Positions 8,983-17,984 of a stretch of DNA of 36,308 nucleotides are shown piece by piece (position 1 is the stretch's first letter; each line of letters starts with the position of its first letter). The DNA is from Armatimonadota bacterium (lineage in GTDB: Bacteria > Armatimonadota > Armatimonadia > Armatimonadales > Armatimonadaceae). Both the position numbers and the translations under genes were made by a program. The notes under the pieces are model-generated. The model was not told where the DNA came from and did no database searches. It saw only the letters and a list, made by a program, of their open reading frames with translations. The stretch is taken from NCBI GenBank assembly GCA_043754515.1, contig JAYUUO010000157.1:1-36308 (forward strand), read 5' to 3'.

Positions 8983-10011
8983 ATGGAAAACGGATCTATA
9001 GCGGGATGCCTTTACGGCATGGCAATCGGGGACGCGCTCGCCGCGCCGGTGGAGTTTCTGCACGACACGGTCACCATTGAGGGGCACTTTGCGCGGAGCT
9101 GGTTTGGTACCGGCACTAGAACACTCCAGGTGACAGACGACACGCAGATGGCACTGGCGGTCGGCGAGGCGTTAATGGCGGCTCCGCGCCCGTACACGGC
9201 GTCGGGTGTCGAGCCGCCGTTGCGCCGGGAATTCGTCAGGTGGATGGACTCGCCGGAAAACAACCGCGCCCCCGGCATGACGTGTACGTCGGCGTGCCGT
9301 CGGCTCGGCGAGGGGTTGCCGTGGACACAGGCGACGGTGGTCAACTCGAAAGGGTGCGGCGCGAACATGCGGGTGCAGTCGGTCGGCCTGCTCCTCGGCG
9401 AAACGGCGGAAACCCGCGCCGCGCTCGCGCAGTTTCAAGCCGCCGTTACACATGGTCATCCCACAGCGCTGGCCGCGTCCGACCTCACGGCGTGGGCGAT
9501 CCACGACCTCGCGACCGGCGGTGCCCCTGACACATTGCCCGCGCGGCTGACCGAATACGCCCGTTCTCAGCGCACGAAGTACCACTTCGACTGGCTCGGC
9601 GATCTGTACAAGCAGGGGATTCTCCCGTCTGCGACCGGGTTCATCTCCAGAGGATGGGACGAGTGCCTCGCGATCCTCGGCCGGCTACAGGCCGCAGTGG
9701 TACTCGGCGACCGCGCCGCCGATCCGTGCGACGCCACCGGGGAAGGCTGGATCGCGGAGGAGGCGTTCGGCACCGGCCTGTTATCATTCCTGCTCTACGT
9801 GGACGACCCTTCCGCCGCCCTGCGCCGTGCCTCGGTCACGTGCGGCGACTCCGACAGCATCGCGTGCCTCGCCGGGGCGTTCGTCGGCGCGTACCACGGC
9901 ATCGAAGCGTTCCCGCTCGCATGGCGCGAACGGATCGAGTATTGCGAGCGTATTGACGCTCTGACCGCGTTCCTCGAATCGGGGGCGCGGGCGGTGGTAC
10001 ACGCGGGGTAG
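8983..10011 (+). CDS. ADP-ribosylglycohydrolase (DraG/ARH family)
   Basis: GMAIGDALAAPVEF, VTDDTQM, GCGANMR, THGHP, GDSDSIACLAG. Confidence 0.92.
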   Translation: MENGSIAGCLYGMAIGDALAAPVEFLHDTVTIEGHFARSWFGTGTRTLQVTDDTQMALAVGEALMAAPRPYTASGVEPPLRREFVRWMDSPENNRAPGMTCTSACRRLGEGLPWTQATVVNSKGCGANMRVQSVGLLLGETAETRAALAQFQAAVTHGHPTALAASDLTAWAIHDLATGGAPDTLPARLTEYARSQRTKYHFDWLGDLYKQGILPSATGFISRGWDECLAILGRLQAAVVLGDRAADPCDATGEGWIAEEAFGTGLLSFLLYVDDPSAALRRASVTCGDSDSIACLAGAFVGAYHGIEAFPLAWRERIEYCERIDALTAFLESGARAVVHAG

Positions 10012-10032
10012 ATCATGGCATAATAAGGGATC

Positions 10033-11232
10033 ATGGCACCTCCTACCCCGCCTCTCCCGACATGCGTGACGGCCGATGAGATGGCGGAACTGCTCGGCAT
10101 CACCGTGGCCGAACTGGATCGGCTACGCCGCGCCGGGCAGGTGACCGGGCACGCGGCGGCGGGGAGCGGGTTCTTTTCCCTGAAGTGGGAGTACGACAGC
10201 GGTGCGATTCGTGAGTTCGATGCCCGAAAGCGCGGCAAGGGCGAGGAGCAGGACGTCGCCTCTAGCGAATTGGCGCGGACGGCGAACGCCATTCTGGTAA
10301 AGGCTTTCGAGAGTGGTGCGTCGGGTATTGTCATCCAACGCGACAGAACAGGAAAGTGCGTCAAGTGTCGTAACGCCGGGGTGCTTCGCGATGTCATGGG
10401 CATTCCCGACGCTTCCCTGAAGTCGCTGATTCGCCGCTACCTCATGATGGCGGGCGTGGACAACCCGCTGGAATTGGGCGTGCCGCGTCAGGGTAAGATC
10501 CCGGTTCGCTGGAGGGAGAAGCCGTACACGGTGATCGCCTACTCGTTGCCCACTATGCGGGGGACAAAACTTGTTTTAAACATCTTCTCCGAATAACGAC
10601 AACCGCAATTGGAAGCAACTAGGAATGCCGCCTGATACCGTTCCAACAGTGATGCAACTGCTCGATCCGAGCCGGGCCGGGTTGTCCTGTTCTCCGAGGA
10701 GGATTTGACGACCACGTTGCGCAGTGCGTTGCGCCTGATAGGCCGCGACACGAGCGACACCCATTTGCTAAGTTACGACATGTTCCCCGATGTTGGGAAC
10801 GCCACGGTCGTCGTTTGTAACAGCGGGACCGGATTGTCTGTCGAGGAGGGGGTACGCCTGTCTGTGTTACAGGGCGCGGCACTTCTGGTTATCCCCGCTA
10901 TTTATGATGGCAGAGTCGCGCAAGCCGCCATCGAAGCGGTGGCGAGCGGAGTAACGGTCTGGGCCGGGGTACGTCGGCGCGTCCCCAGAATCAAGAGCAT
11001 CGGGGAACGGTGGGTGGAGATCGGTATGGATTGGGAAACCACGCGCCCTTTGTTACGTGGGATGATCGGGAAGCAACTTCAGCGCATTCTGTGCGGCGCC
11101 TGCAAGGTCGCCCGACCGTTGACGGAAGAGAAAAAGTCGTGGCTGGATCGGGTGGATGTGGCCGTGCCGGAAGTCGTCTACAACGCGAAAGGCTGTGACC
11201 GGTGCTGTTCCTGGAAAAGTGGGGCGGGTTGA
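10033..11232 (+). pseudogene. Excisionase-type HTH fused to a degenerate PilB/GspE-like ATPase; two compensating frameshifts, truncated after the Zn motif
   Basis: HTH: VTADEMAELLGITVAELDRLRRAG. PilB-like segments: ANAILVKAFESGASGIVIQ…GVLRDVM…PRQGKI…SLPTMRGTKLVLNIF; WKQLGMPPDTV in the +1 frame at 10592-10681; TTTLRSAL; QRILCGACK…KGCDRC. Confidence 0.7.
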
Positions 11233-12257
11233 ATGATAAGTATATGATCTTCTCCCGGAACATCAAGATGGGTATGGCGTTCTCCGGGTGGGACCCGGTG
11301 TTCGCGAACGCTTGTTACGAGGTCGCCCGGCGGCAGATCAGGGACAGTATCGGGACGGGGGAGTCGTGGTCGCTTTTGCATCTGGTCAGGTTAGTTTTCC
11401 GGTTGAACGCCTCCGACGCCAACGAATGGTTCCGGCGTGCCACAGAGGCACAGATCAAGGAGGGTAATGACGCCGCGTCCGCGTTGCAATACATCCCGCC
11501 CATGGCCGCGCAAGGCGATGGGGTGCGGGCCGATACGGCAATGATGCTACTCAATGGCACGTTGGACACGCAACCAATGGAAGCGAAACGACTGATAGAG
11601 GGCTGGGTCGTGGACGGGACGCTGACGCTGAAGGACAACGCATACGGCAGTGGATACTACTCGGATTTGTTCCTGCGGCTGGCAAAAAACCTCGCGCCGC
11701 TCGACCCGGAGGGTGCTGGATGGGTCGCCGCCCGAACGCCAGAATACATGCGCTGGCGGGCGCAACTCTATGCGGCTAGCGGGATACTCGACCCGGCGGC
11801 GCGGCGGAAAGCGTACCTGGCGGCGGTCGGCGGCGAGCGGGAAAGTGAGAGGCTGTCGCGATATGATCTGTGTCTCGAACTCGCCCGGCGTACCAGTGAT
11901 ACGAGCCTCGCGACGGAGATGCGCGGCAAAATGATACACGATCTAAGCGACACCAGCCGCATGTTCGACGGTAACGTCGTTTCGCTAGTTTACCAACTCG
12001 GCGACATATTACCGGATGCTTGCCGCATGCGGCTCGAAATGGAGATCTGGCACGTGCGCGAGTTGAACCCGGAGCGGGCTGACCAATTATGGCTGATCAC
12101 CTCGCCGCTACGGGCCATGGCGTGGCTCGACCCCGACCGCGCTGTGGAGATAGCCGAGAGTCTGGGCAACCCGAAATCTGTCGCACAGGGCAAATACGAG
12201 ATAATTCGCTCCCTGCTCACTCCCTCCGATAGGTGGCGCTCCCTATACCCGTATTAG
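11202..12257 (+). CDS. Hypothetical helical-repeat-like protein, possibly the C-terminal fragment of a larger gene
   Basis: 351-aa ORF without clear RBS or start, overlapping the PilB-like remnant; helical patterns such as LAPLDPEGA and MAWLDPDRAVEIAESL. Confidence 0.55.
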   Translation: MLFLEKWGGLNDKYMIFSRNIKMGMAFSGWDPVFANACYEVARRQIRDSIGTGESWSLLHLVRLVFRLNASDANEWFRRATEAQIKEGNDAASALQYIPPMAAQGDGVRADTAMMLLNGTLDTQPMEAKRLIEGWVVDGTLTLKDNAYGSGYYSDLFLRLAKNLAPLDPEGAGWVAARTPEYMRWRAQLYAASGILDPAARRKAYLAAVGGERESERLSRYDLCLELARRTSDTSLATEMRGKMIHDLSDTSRMFDGNVVSLVYQLGDILPDACRMRLEMEIWHVRELNPERADQLWLITSPLRAMAWLDPDRAVEIAESLGNPKSVAQGKYEIIRSLLTPSDRWRSLYPY

Positions 12258-12372
12258 AAGTAAAACAGTAGTTGAACCTGTTCAAAAAAAGTAGCGCGCT
12301 TCATGCCGCCCGTTGTATAATCACGGCAACGTCCTTCGATTGTGAAAGAAGGCACGAAGTGACACATAACTA

Positions 12373-13134
12373 ATGGCGGTAGCAAACCAACAACCGAATA
12401 GCGGCTCCGTCCTGCCCGCGCCGGACGAGAAGCACGACTACGTCCGCGAGATGTTCGACGGCATCGCGCCGACATACGATCGCCTGAACTCGGTGCTGTC
12501 CGGCCCGCTCCATCACGCCTGGCGGCGCGTCGCCACCCGACAGGCGGTCCTCAAGCCGGGTGACATCGCGCTCGACGTTTGCACTGGGACCGGTGACTTC
12601 GCGCTAGAACTCGCCCGCGCGGTCGGTGAGACAGGGCACATCCAGGCCACCGACTTCTCCGCGCCGATGCTCCGGATCGGGGAGCGAAAAGCGCGGCTTC
12701 GTGACTACCCGAACACGACCTGGGCGGTCGCGGACACGCAGGCGTTGCCGTTCGCCGCGAACACGTTCGACGCCGTGACGGTCGGGTTCGGCATCCGGAA
12801 CGTCGCCGACATCCCGCTTGGCATCCGCGAAATGACGCGCGTCGCGAAACCTGGCGGTCGCGTGGTGATCTTGGAGTTTAACCAGCCGACCAACCCGCTG
12901 TTCGCGGCACTGTACAAATGGTATTCGTTCACAATACTGCCGCTGATGGGCGGCATGGTCTCCGGGCGCAAAACGGCGTACGAGTACCTGCCGCAGAGCG
13001 TCGCCGCGTTCCACTCGCGCGACGAGATCAGCGATATGATGCGCGGCGCGGGGCTGGAGAATATCACCGTTACCGATCTGACCGTGGGGACCGTGGTGAT
13101 CCACCGGGGTACCAAAGCATACACGCCGGGATAG
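12373..13134 (+). CDS. menG: Demethylmenaquinone/ubiquinone methyltransferase MenG/UbiE
   Basis: VREMFDGIAPTYDRLN, LDVCTGTGD, VGFGIRNV, EMTRVAKPGG, AYEYLPQSV; TATAAT at 12316-12321. Confidence 0.93.
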   Translation: MAVANQQPNSGSVLPAPDEKHDYVREMFDGIAPTYDRLNSVLSGPLHHAWRRVATRQAVLKPGDIALDVCTGTGDFALELARAVGETGHIQATDFSAPMLRIGERKARLRDYPNTTWAVADTQALPFAANTFDAVTVGFGIRNVADIPLGIREMTRVAKPGGRVVILEFNQPTNPLFAALYKWYSFTILPLMGGMVSGRKTAYEYLPQSVAAFHSRDEISDMMRGAGLENITVTDLTVGTVVIHRGTKAYTPG

Positions 13135-13183
13135 AGCGCCGAACGGATACCAGGCGGCGCGTTAGAAAGCGGAGCATGAACCC

Positions 13184-14182
13184 ATGAACACTGCGGCACC
13201 CAAACAACCTTCGCTCCTCGCCCCCGTCGAGGACGACCTCCGCGCCGTCGAGGAGCAACTACTCGCGGCGACGCGCTCCGAGATCGGGCGCGTGCGCGAC
13301 ATTTCCGGGCACACGCTCCTTTCCGGCGGTAAGCGGCTCCGCCCCGCGCTGGCACTGCTCTCCGCGCGTCTGGTCGGGCGCACGTTCCCGGCGAAGCGCG
13401 CGTACGCGGCGGCGTCGGCGGCGGAAATGATCCACATGGCGTCCCTCATGCACGACGACGTGGTGGACGAGGCACCGGAGCGGCGCGGCAGGCCGACTGC
13501 GAACAGCGTTTTCGGCAACGGTATCACGGTCCTGACGGGCGACTTCCTGCTCGCAAAGGCGATCTCGCTTCTCGCGCACAATGACGAAAACCTGGCCATA
13601 GTCCGCGTTTTCAGCGACGTGACGGTTGGGATGGCAGAGGGCGAAGTCCTACAAGCGTCCGTCGCGCACGACCTGACGATCACCCCCGACACCTACGAGG
13701 AGGTCATACGGCGTAAGACCGCGCTGTTCCTATCCGGCTGTTGCGAGACGGGCGCGATGGTCGGCGGCGGCACCCCGGACGAGGTTCACGCCCTGCGGGA
13801 TTACGGCTTGCATCTCGGGGTAGCATTCCAGATCGCCGATGATTTGCTCGACTTTTTAGGCGACCCGAAGAACACGGGCAAGCTGCTCGGCACCGATCTG
13901 AAGGACGGGCGTGTTACCCTGCCGCTGATCCATGCCCTCGCCGTGAGCGACGCGGAGACGAAGGCACACCTGTCCACCCTGTTCGCGACAGTCAACCTGT
14001 CCGATGCCGAAGTCGCGACGATGACCGGGATTATCGCCCGCGCGGGCGGCTTCGAGTACGCCCGGTCGGTCGCGGAGCGGCGCGCGGAACGCGCGGTCGG
14101 CGCGCTATCGGCGTTCGCCCCGACCCCGTTCCGGGAGACGCTGGAGAATCTGGCGCGGTACGTGACTGCGCGGGATCGGTAG
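13184..14182 (+). CDS. Trans-polyprenyl diphosphate synthase (HepT/IspB-like)
   Basis: GGKRLRP, LMHDDVVD…RRGRPT, GDFL, KTA, FQIADDLLD; GGAG RBS; follows menG. Confidence 0.93.
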   Translation: MNTAAPKQPSLLAPVEDDLRAVEEQLLAATRSEIGRVRDISGHTLLSGGKRLRPALALLSARLVGRTFPAKRAYAAASAAEMIHMASLMHDDVVDEAPERRGRPTANSVFGNGITVLTGDFLLAKAISLLAHNDENLAIVRVFSDVTVGMAEGEVLQASVAHDLTITPDTYEEVIRRKTALFLSGCCETGAMVGGGTPDEVHALRDYGLHLGVAFQIADDLLDFLGDPKNTGKLLGTDLKDGRVTLPLIHALAVSDAETKAHLSTLFATVNLSDAEVATMTGIIARAGGFEYARSVAERRAERAVGALSAFAPTPFRETLENLARYVTARDR

Positions 14183-14407
14183 GGGAGGCCAGGCGACGGG
14201 GTTGCCTGCATATCTCAGGCCTATCGGGTACCGGTACTTTGTCGGGCTAAAGCCGGACACAACCTATTATGCCATGCCAGCTTAAGGGAAGGTCGGTTTC
14301 ATTGGATCGTCTGAGAGTGGAATACACATCTGGATGGTCGTTGAGTGGAGAGGGGTCAGGAGTCCCCTAAGAACACCACACAAGTTACCAGCAAGCAGGG
14401 TTAATCA

Positions 14408-14693
14408 GGACGGGTAAATACCCTGGAGCTCGCTCCGCAAACGGTTGGGGTATGTTCGGCTCTCAGGAGGCGAGCTTTCGTAAAAGCGGCTTTCATGCCG
14501 CTCTCACCGGCAGATATTCCGGAGCTTGCTCCGGGGAAAATTATTCGCTGAAAGCGCGACGGGTTCAATACCTTGGTGCCTGCACCGTTCCTGTTTTGGG
14601 CGTCTATGCCGCTTTCAGGCGACATAGTCTTGTAGGGGACTATCGGGTCATCGTCCTGCAAATACCTCGGGGCTTGCTCCGAAGAAAATTATT
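14408..14693 (+). repeat. Two degenerate ~150-bp tandem units carrying four AATACC-hairpin motifs
   Basis: Motifs at 14417, 14513, 14567 and 14661 (spacing 96/54/94); both units start GACGGGT and end GAAAATTATT. Confidence 0.7.
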
Positions 14694-15038
14694 AAATGCG
14701 GAATACATAAAATCTATTGTCAGGCCCTTTTGTTGCTGAGTTATGGTGGCCAGGTAACAGTGCTAAATCAAAAACCCTCCCTTTCACGACCAAATCACAA
14801 AGATGGTGTGTCACTCCATGCTCGGTTCTGGTTCATGACTGCCTCAAAGTCTTTGACCTTAGCAGGATAACGCGCCGGGTCAGTCGTCTCAAGCAGACGA
14901 CTGGCGTGACCCTGTGAGCCCCCGCAAAAAGCTGTCTTGCTTCCTGCAAATTTAATCACTGTGCTATCGTGCTAAGGTTTCAAATTTTTTCCGAGACCGA
15001 ATAAATTTTTTAAGCTTCCTTTCGACCAGCGAGTAATA

Positions 15039-15064
15039 TCTTCTGTAAAAGGAGTTATGCGCTA
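15039..15064. promoter_or_regulatory. dif-like tyrosine-recombinase site (TAA-N6-TTA)
   Basis: TCTTCTGTAA-AAGGAG-TTATGCGCTA; the right arm read on the minus strand is TAGCGCATAA (cf. XerC arm GGTGCGCATAA); directly upstream of integrase remnants. Confidence 0.5.
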
Positions 15065-15151
15065 TAATCCCACGATGGACATCACTGAGACCCGCCCCGC
15101 TTTCCGAGCTACTTACCGCCGTCGGCGCGACGCTAGCCGGGGTGCGGCGCG

Positions 15152-15464
15152 ATGAGCCTCGTCCTCCCTAGCTAGGGCGAGGCGGCCGCGCTAGTCCCCG
15201 TTCCCACGACCGGCGATCCGTTCGACGGGTTCGTTCCCGCGCTGCTCGCGCGACGCCGGGGGACGCGGCGACGCGCTGTTCGTCAACTTCTTCCCCACGC
15301 AGATCGAAAACCCCAACGCGCGGGCGGCACGCCTGTGGGCGTAGCGCGAGTTCGCCGCCTGGGCGCGGAAACCCGCCAACCACGCCGACCCACGCACGAC
15401 CAAACTCTACGGCCGCAGTGGTAACGGGGTCGGACCCGATGACATTGGAGATATTCGGGTCTGA
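15152..15464 (+). pseudogene. Tyrosine recombinase remnant: N-terminus fused directly to the catalytic C-terminus
   Basis: VPALLA/DAGGRGDALFVNFFPTQIENPNARAARLWA*REFAAW joined to ANHADPRTTKLYGRSGNGVGPDDIGDIRV* (box II H…TT..Y); contains stops and a frameshift. Confidence 0.75.
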
Positions 15465-15504
15465 TGTATCAGTTAGAATGGATCCTCCATGAAGAACCAA
15501 CGAC

Positions 15505-15715
15505 ATTGTCGCGAGCCGGGGCTTCTACCAATGTTTATGGGGACGGATGGACTTCGACGCGAACCCAGCCACCGAGGTGGAGGGGCAACGCACCGGCGAC
15601 CGCGAAGGCAAGACGCCGTATCTGCCGAGCTGTAAAACGCAAGCCCTGCTCGATCATATCCCGACTGGCGACGTGTTGGGACTTCACGACTGGGCGTAGA
15701 TCGGCACGATGATAA
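15505..15715 (+). pseudogene. Second tyrosine recombinase fragment (middle region)
   Basis: IVASRGFYQCL…ANPATEVEG…GKTPYLPSCKTQALLDHIPTGDVLGLHDWA*IGTM matches the 'NPA..V.GP…GKTPVL…ALLDSI…GLRDRALIG.M' segment of XerC-like recombinases. Confidence 0.7.
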
Positions 15716-15891
15716 GCCGGAAACACAAAACGACTACCACCATCGAACGGTGCTTTACTGGGCGTACTGCTCGCGGAACCGTTTCGTGAACTGTCGGTCG
15801 AGTTTACGTCCTGAACCGACGGCGGTGCGGGCTATATTCGGGCGAGACGGCCTGGTGACCTCAGTGGGTCCTATTCGCGGGAACGTCGGTC

Positions 15892-16788
15892 CTACCGCTC
15901 GTTGCCGATTCCGTGACGGAAGGCTTTCGGGCTGATACGATTCTGCTTTTGAAAGTGGTGATAGAACTGACTGACACTGCCGAACCCGGATTCCAGCGCG
16001 ATCGCGATGACCCCGAGTTCCGTGGTGAGAAGCAGTCGCTGGGCGTGCCAGAGGCAATGTTGCGTACGATACTCCTGAATCGTTACGCCACAGGTCTTCC
16101 GAAAGAGCGTGCTCAGATAATTGGGGTGGAGGTTGACCTCGCGGGCGAGGTCCGCGATTCGAAGCGGGGTGCGGTAGTCGCTCGCGATCCGTGCCACAAC
16201 CCGTTCTATCACTCCGATCTCCCCCTGCGTGAGCAACACCGAGTGCGGCGTCCCTCCCGCGCCGGAATAACTCAGTGCCAGCTGCCCCAGACGTGCCTCC
16301 ACCTCCAGCAGAACACTGCGCCTCCACCCCGGGGCATCCTGTCGCAGATGCCGGTGCCAGCGGAAAAACAGTTCCCGGTCGAAAAGGGCGGTCGTCTCGT
16401 CGTGTTCGCAAACGAACTGGCCTTGAAGAATTGCGTTGACGAACTCGGCGGGTAGGGGCCAGCGCAGAAAAAGGTCGAGAGGAACCGTCAGCCAGTGGAG
16501 AACGCTATCCTCGCGACGTGCCAGCGAGGATCGGATCGCGTAGTGCGGGACGGCAGCCCAGAACGCGCCGATGCGCTGCGGGGGAAGGGCTACCGGAGCC
16601 CCCCCATAAAAGAACGGCAGCGGCGGACCCTCCACGAGAACGAGCTCGATCTCGTTGTGTCTGTGCAACGCGGTGTCATCCTGCGGAAACACGGTACCGC
16701 TCCCTACCCCCGCGATGAAGAAGTAGGGCATACTCGCGCTTCGCTTACGCGGGGAAATCTGAGAATCCCGGAAAGAAACGGGGAGCAT
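15892..16788 (-). CDS. AraC-family transcriptional regulator (MelR-like)
   Basis: HRHNEIEL cupin motif, AFWAAVPH, C-terminal LHPNYLSTLFRK…IALESGFGSVSQFY..F; start could be 16731. Confidence 0.9.
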   Translation of the reverse strand: MLPVSFRDSQISPRKRSASMPYFFIAGVGSGTVFPQDDTALHRHNEIELVLVEGPPLPFFYGGAPVALPPQRIGAFWAAVPHYAIRSSLARREDSVLHWLTVPLDLFLRWPLPAEFVNAILQGQFVCEHDETTALFDRELFFRWHRHLRQDAPGWRRSVLLEVEARLGQLALSYSGAGGTPHSVLLTQGEIGVIERVVARIASDYRTPLRIADLAREVNLHPNYLSTLFRKTCGVTIQEYRTQHCLWHAQRLLLTTELGVIAIALESGFGSVSQFYHHFQKQNRISPKAFRHGIGNER

Positions 16789-16865
16789 GGCGGATGTTTT
16801 CGCATCGGCTTTGCGTTATCCTTCTAACGAAGCGGTCGGAAACGAAATACAGGGTTGTACGGTCT

Positions 16866-17969
16866 ATGCGAAAAATTAATGTCGGTATTATCGGACTCGG
16901 GTTCGGGGCGGAGTTTATCCCCATCTATCAAAACCATCCCTCCGCAGAAATGGCGGCAATCTGCCAGCGCGACCCGGGGAAACTACAGGCGATCGGCGAC
17001 GCCTTCGGAGTCGAACGGCGATATACCGACTGGCGGGAAATGGTCCAGGACCCGGAGCTGGACGCGATCCACATCAACGCGCCAATCAGTGACCATGCCG
17101 CCATGTCCATCGCCGTCCTCCAGGCCGGGAAACACTGCGCTTGCACTGTTCCCATGGCAACCAACAGGGAAGCGTTGAGAACGATCTGCGGGGCGCAGCG
17201 CGACGCGCAGAAAAACTACATGATGATGGAGACTACCCTCTACTCACGGGAGTTTTTCTTTGTCGAAGAGCTACTCAAAAGCGGCAGGATGGGACGTTTG
17301 CAGTTCCTGCGCGCTTCGCATCAGCAGGAAATGGCGGGTTGGCCCGGCTACTGGGAAGGGCTGCCGCCGATGCATTACGCCACGCACTGCGTCAGCCCGC
17401 TCCTCGCATTGGCGGGAACCGAGGCGGAGTCGGTGGTCTGCCATGGCTCGGGACGGATCGCCCCCCCACTCGCCATAAAGTATGGCAGCCCCTTCGCACT
17501 CGAAACGGCGACGATCAAACTGCGCGATTCCGACGTCTGCGCGGAGGTGACACGCTCTTTGTTTGATACGGCCCGTCAGTACCGGGAGTCGTTCGATGTC
17601 TATGGGTCGAAGATCTCCTGGGAATGGTCGCTTATCGAAGGCGAAGAACCGATCCTGCATCATGGCGAGAAGCCGGAACGCGTCACGGTTCCCGATTATG
17701 CCCACCGTCTGCCGACCGATATTCGGGGATATACGACGACCGGCGTCTATGACTCCGCCGCGAATGTCCATTTATCCTTCCAGCAGGGTTCCGGACATGG
17801 TGGTTCCCACCCGCATCTGGCGCATGAGTTTCTCCAGTCGATTGTCGAAGGGCGTGATCCCTTCCCGAATGCGCGGCAGTCGGCCAACTACACCGCCGTC
17901 GGTATCTGCGCCCACGAGTCCGCTCTCCGGGGTGGCGAACGTGTCCTTCTCCCGGACTTCCTTCTCTGA
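16866..17969 (+). CDS. Gfo/Idh/MocA family oxidoreductase
   Basis: VGIIGLGFG, GKHCACTVPMA, PPMHYATH, GHGGSHPHL; divergent from the AraC gene. Confidence 0.9.
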   Translation: MRKINVGIIGLGFGAEFIPIYQNHPSAEMAAICQRDPGKLQAIGDAFGVERRYTDWREMVQDPELDAIHINAPISDHAAMSIAVLQAGKHCACTVPMATNREALRTICGAQRDAQKNYMMMETTLYSREFFFVEELLKSGRMGRLQFLRASHQQEMAGWPGYWEGLPPMHYATHCVSPLLALAGTEAESVVCHGSGRIAPPLAIKYGSPFALETATIKLRDSDVCAEVTRSLFDTARQYRESFDVYGSKISWEWSLIEGEEPILHHGEKPERVTVPDYAHRLPTDIRGYTTTGVYDSAANVHLSFQQGSGHGGSHPHLAHEFLQSIVEGRDPFPNARQSANYTAVGICAHESALRGGERVLLPDFLL

Positions 17970-17984
17970 AAGGGGATACAACCT

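Noticed and set aside
10011..10038. 10-bp direct repeat GATCATGGCA as an insertion scar
   Set aside because: The copies are only 8 bp apart with no element between them; it could be chance or a small duplication, and no function can be supported.
14183..14210. attL/attR copy of the tRNA-Asp 3' end delimiting a 21-kb island
   Set aside because: Only about 7 bp (GACGGGG) are shared, which is expected by chance at this GC content.
14239..14275. Second dif-like site / REP near TGTCGGGCTAAAGCCGGACA…TTATGCC
   Set aside because: The spacer does not fit TAA-N6-TTA, and the palindrome occurs only once in the window.
14417..14693. CRISPR array
   Set aside because: Repeats are degenerate, spacing alternates 96/54/94, interiors are themselves structured, and no cas genes are present.
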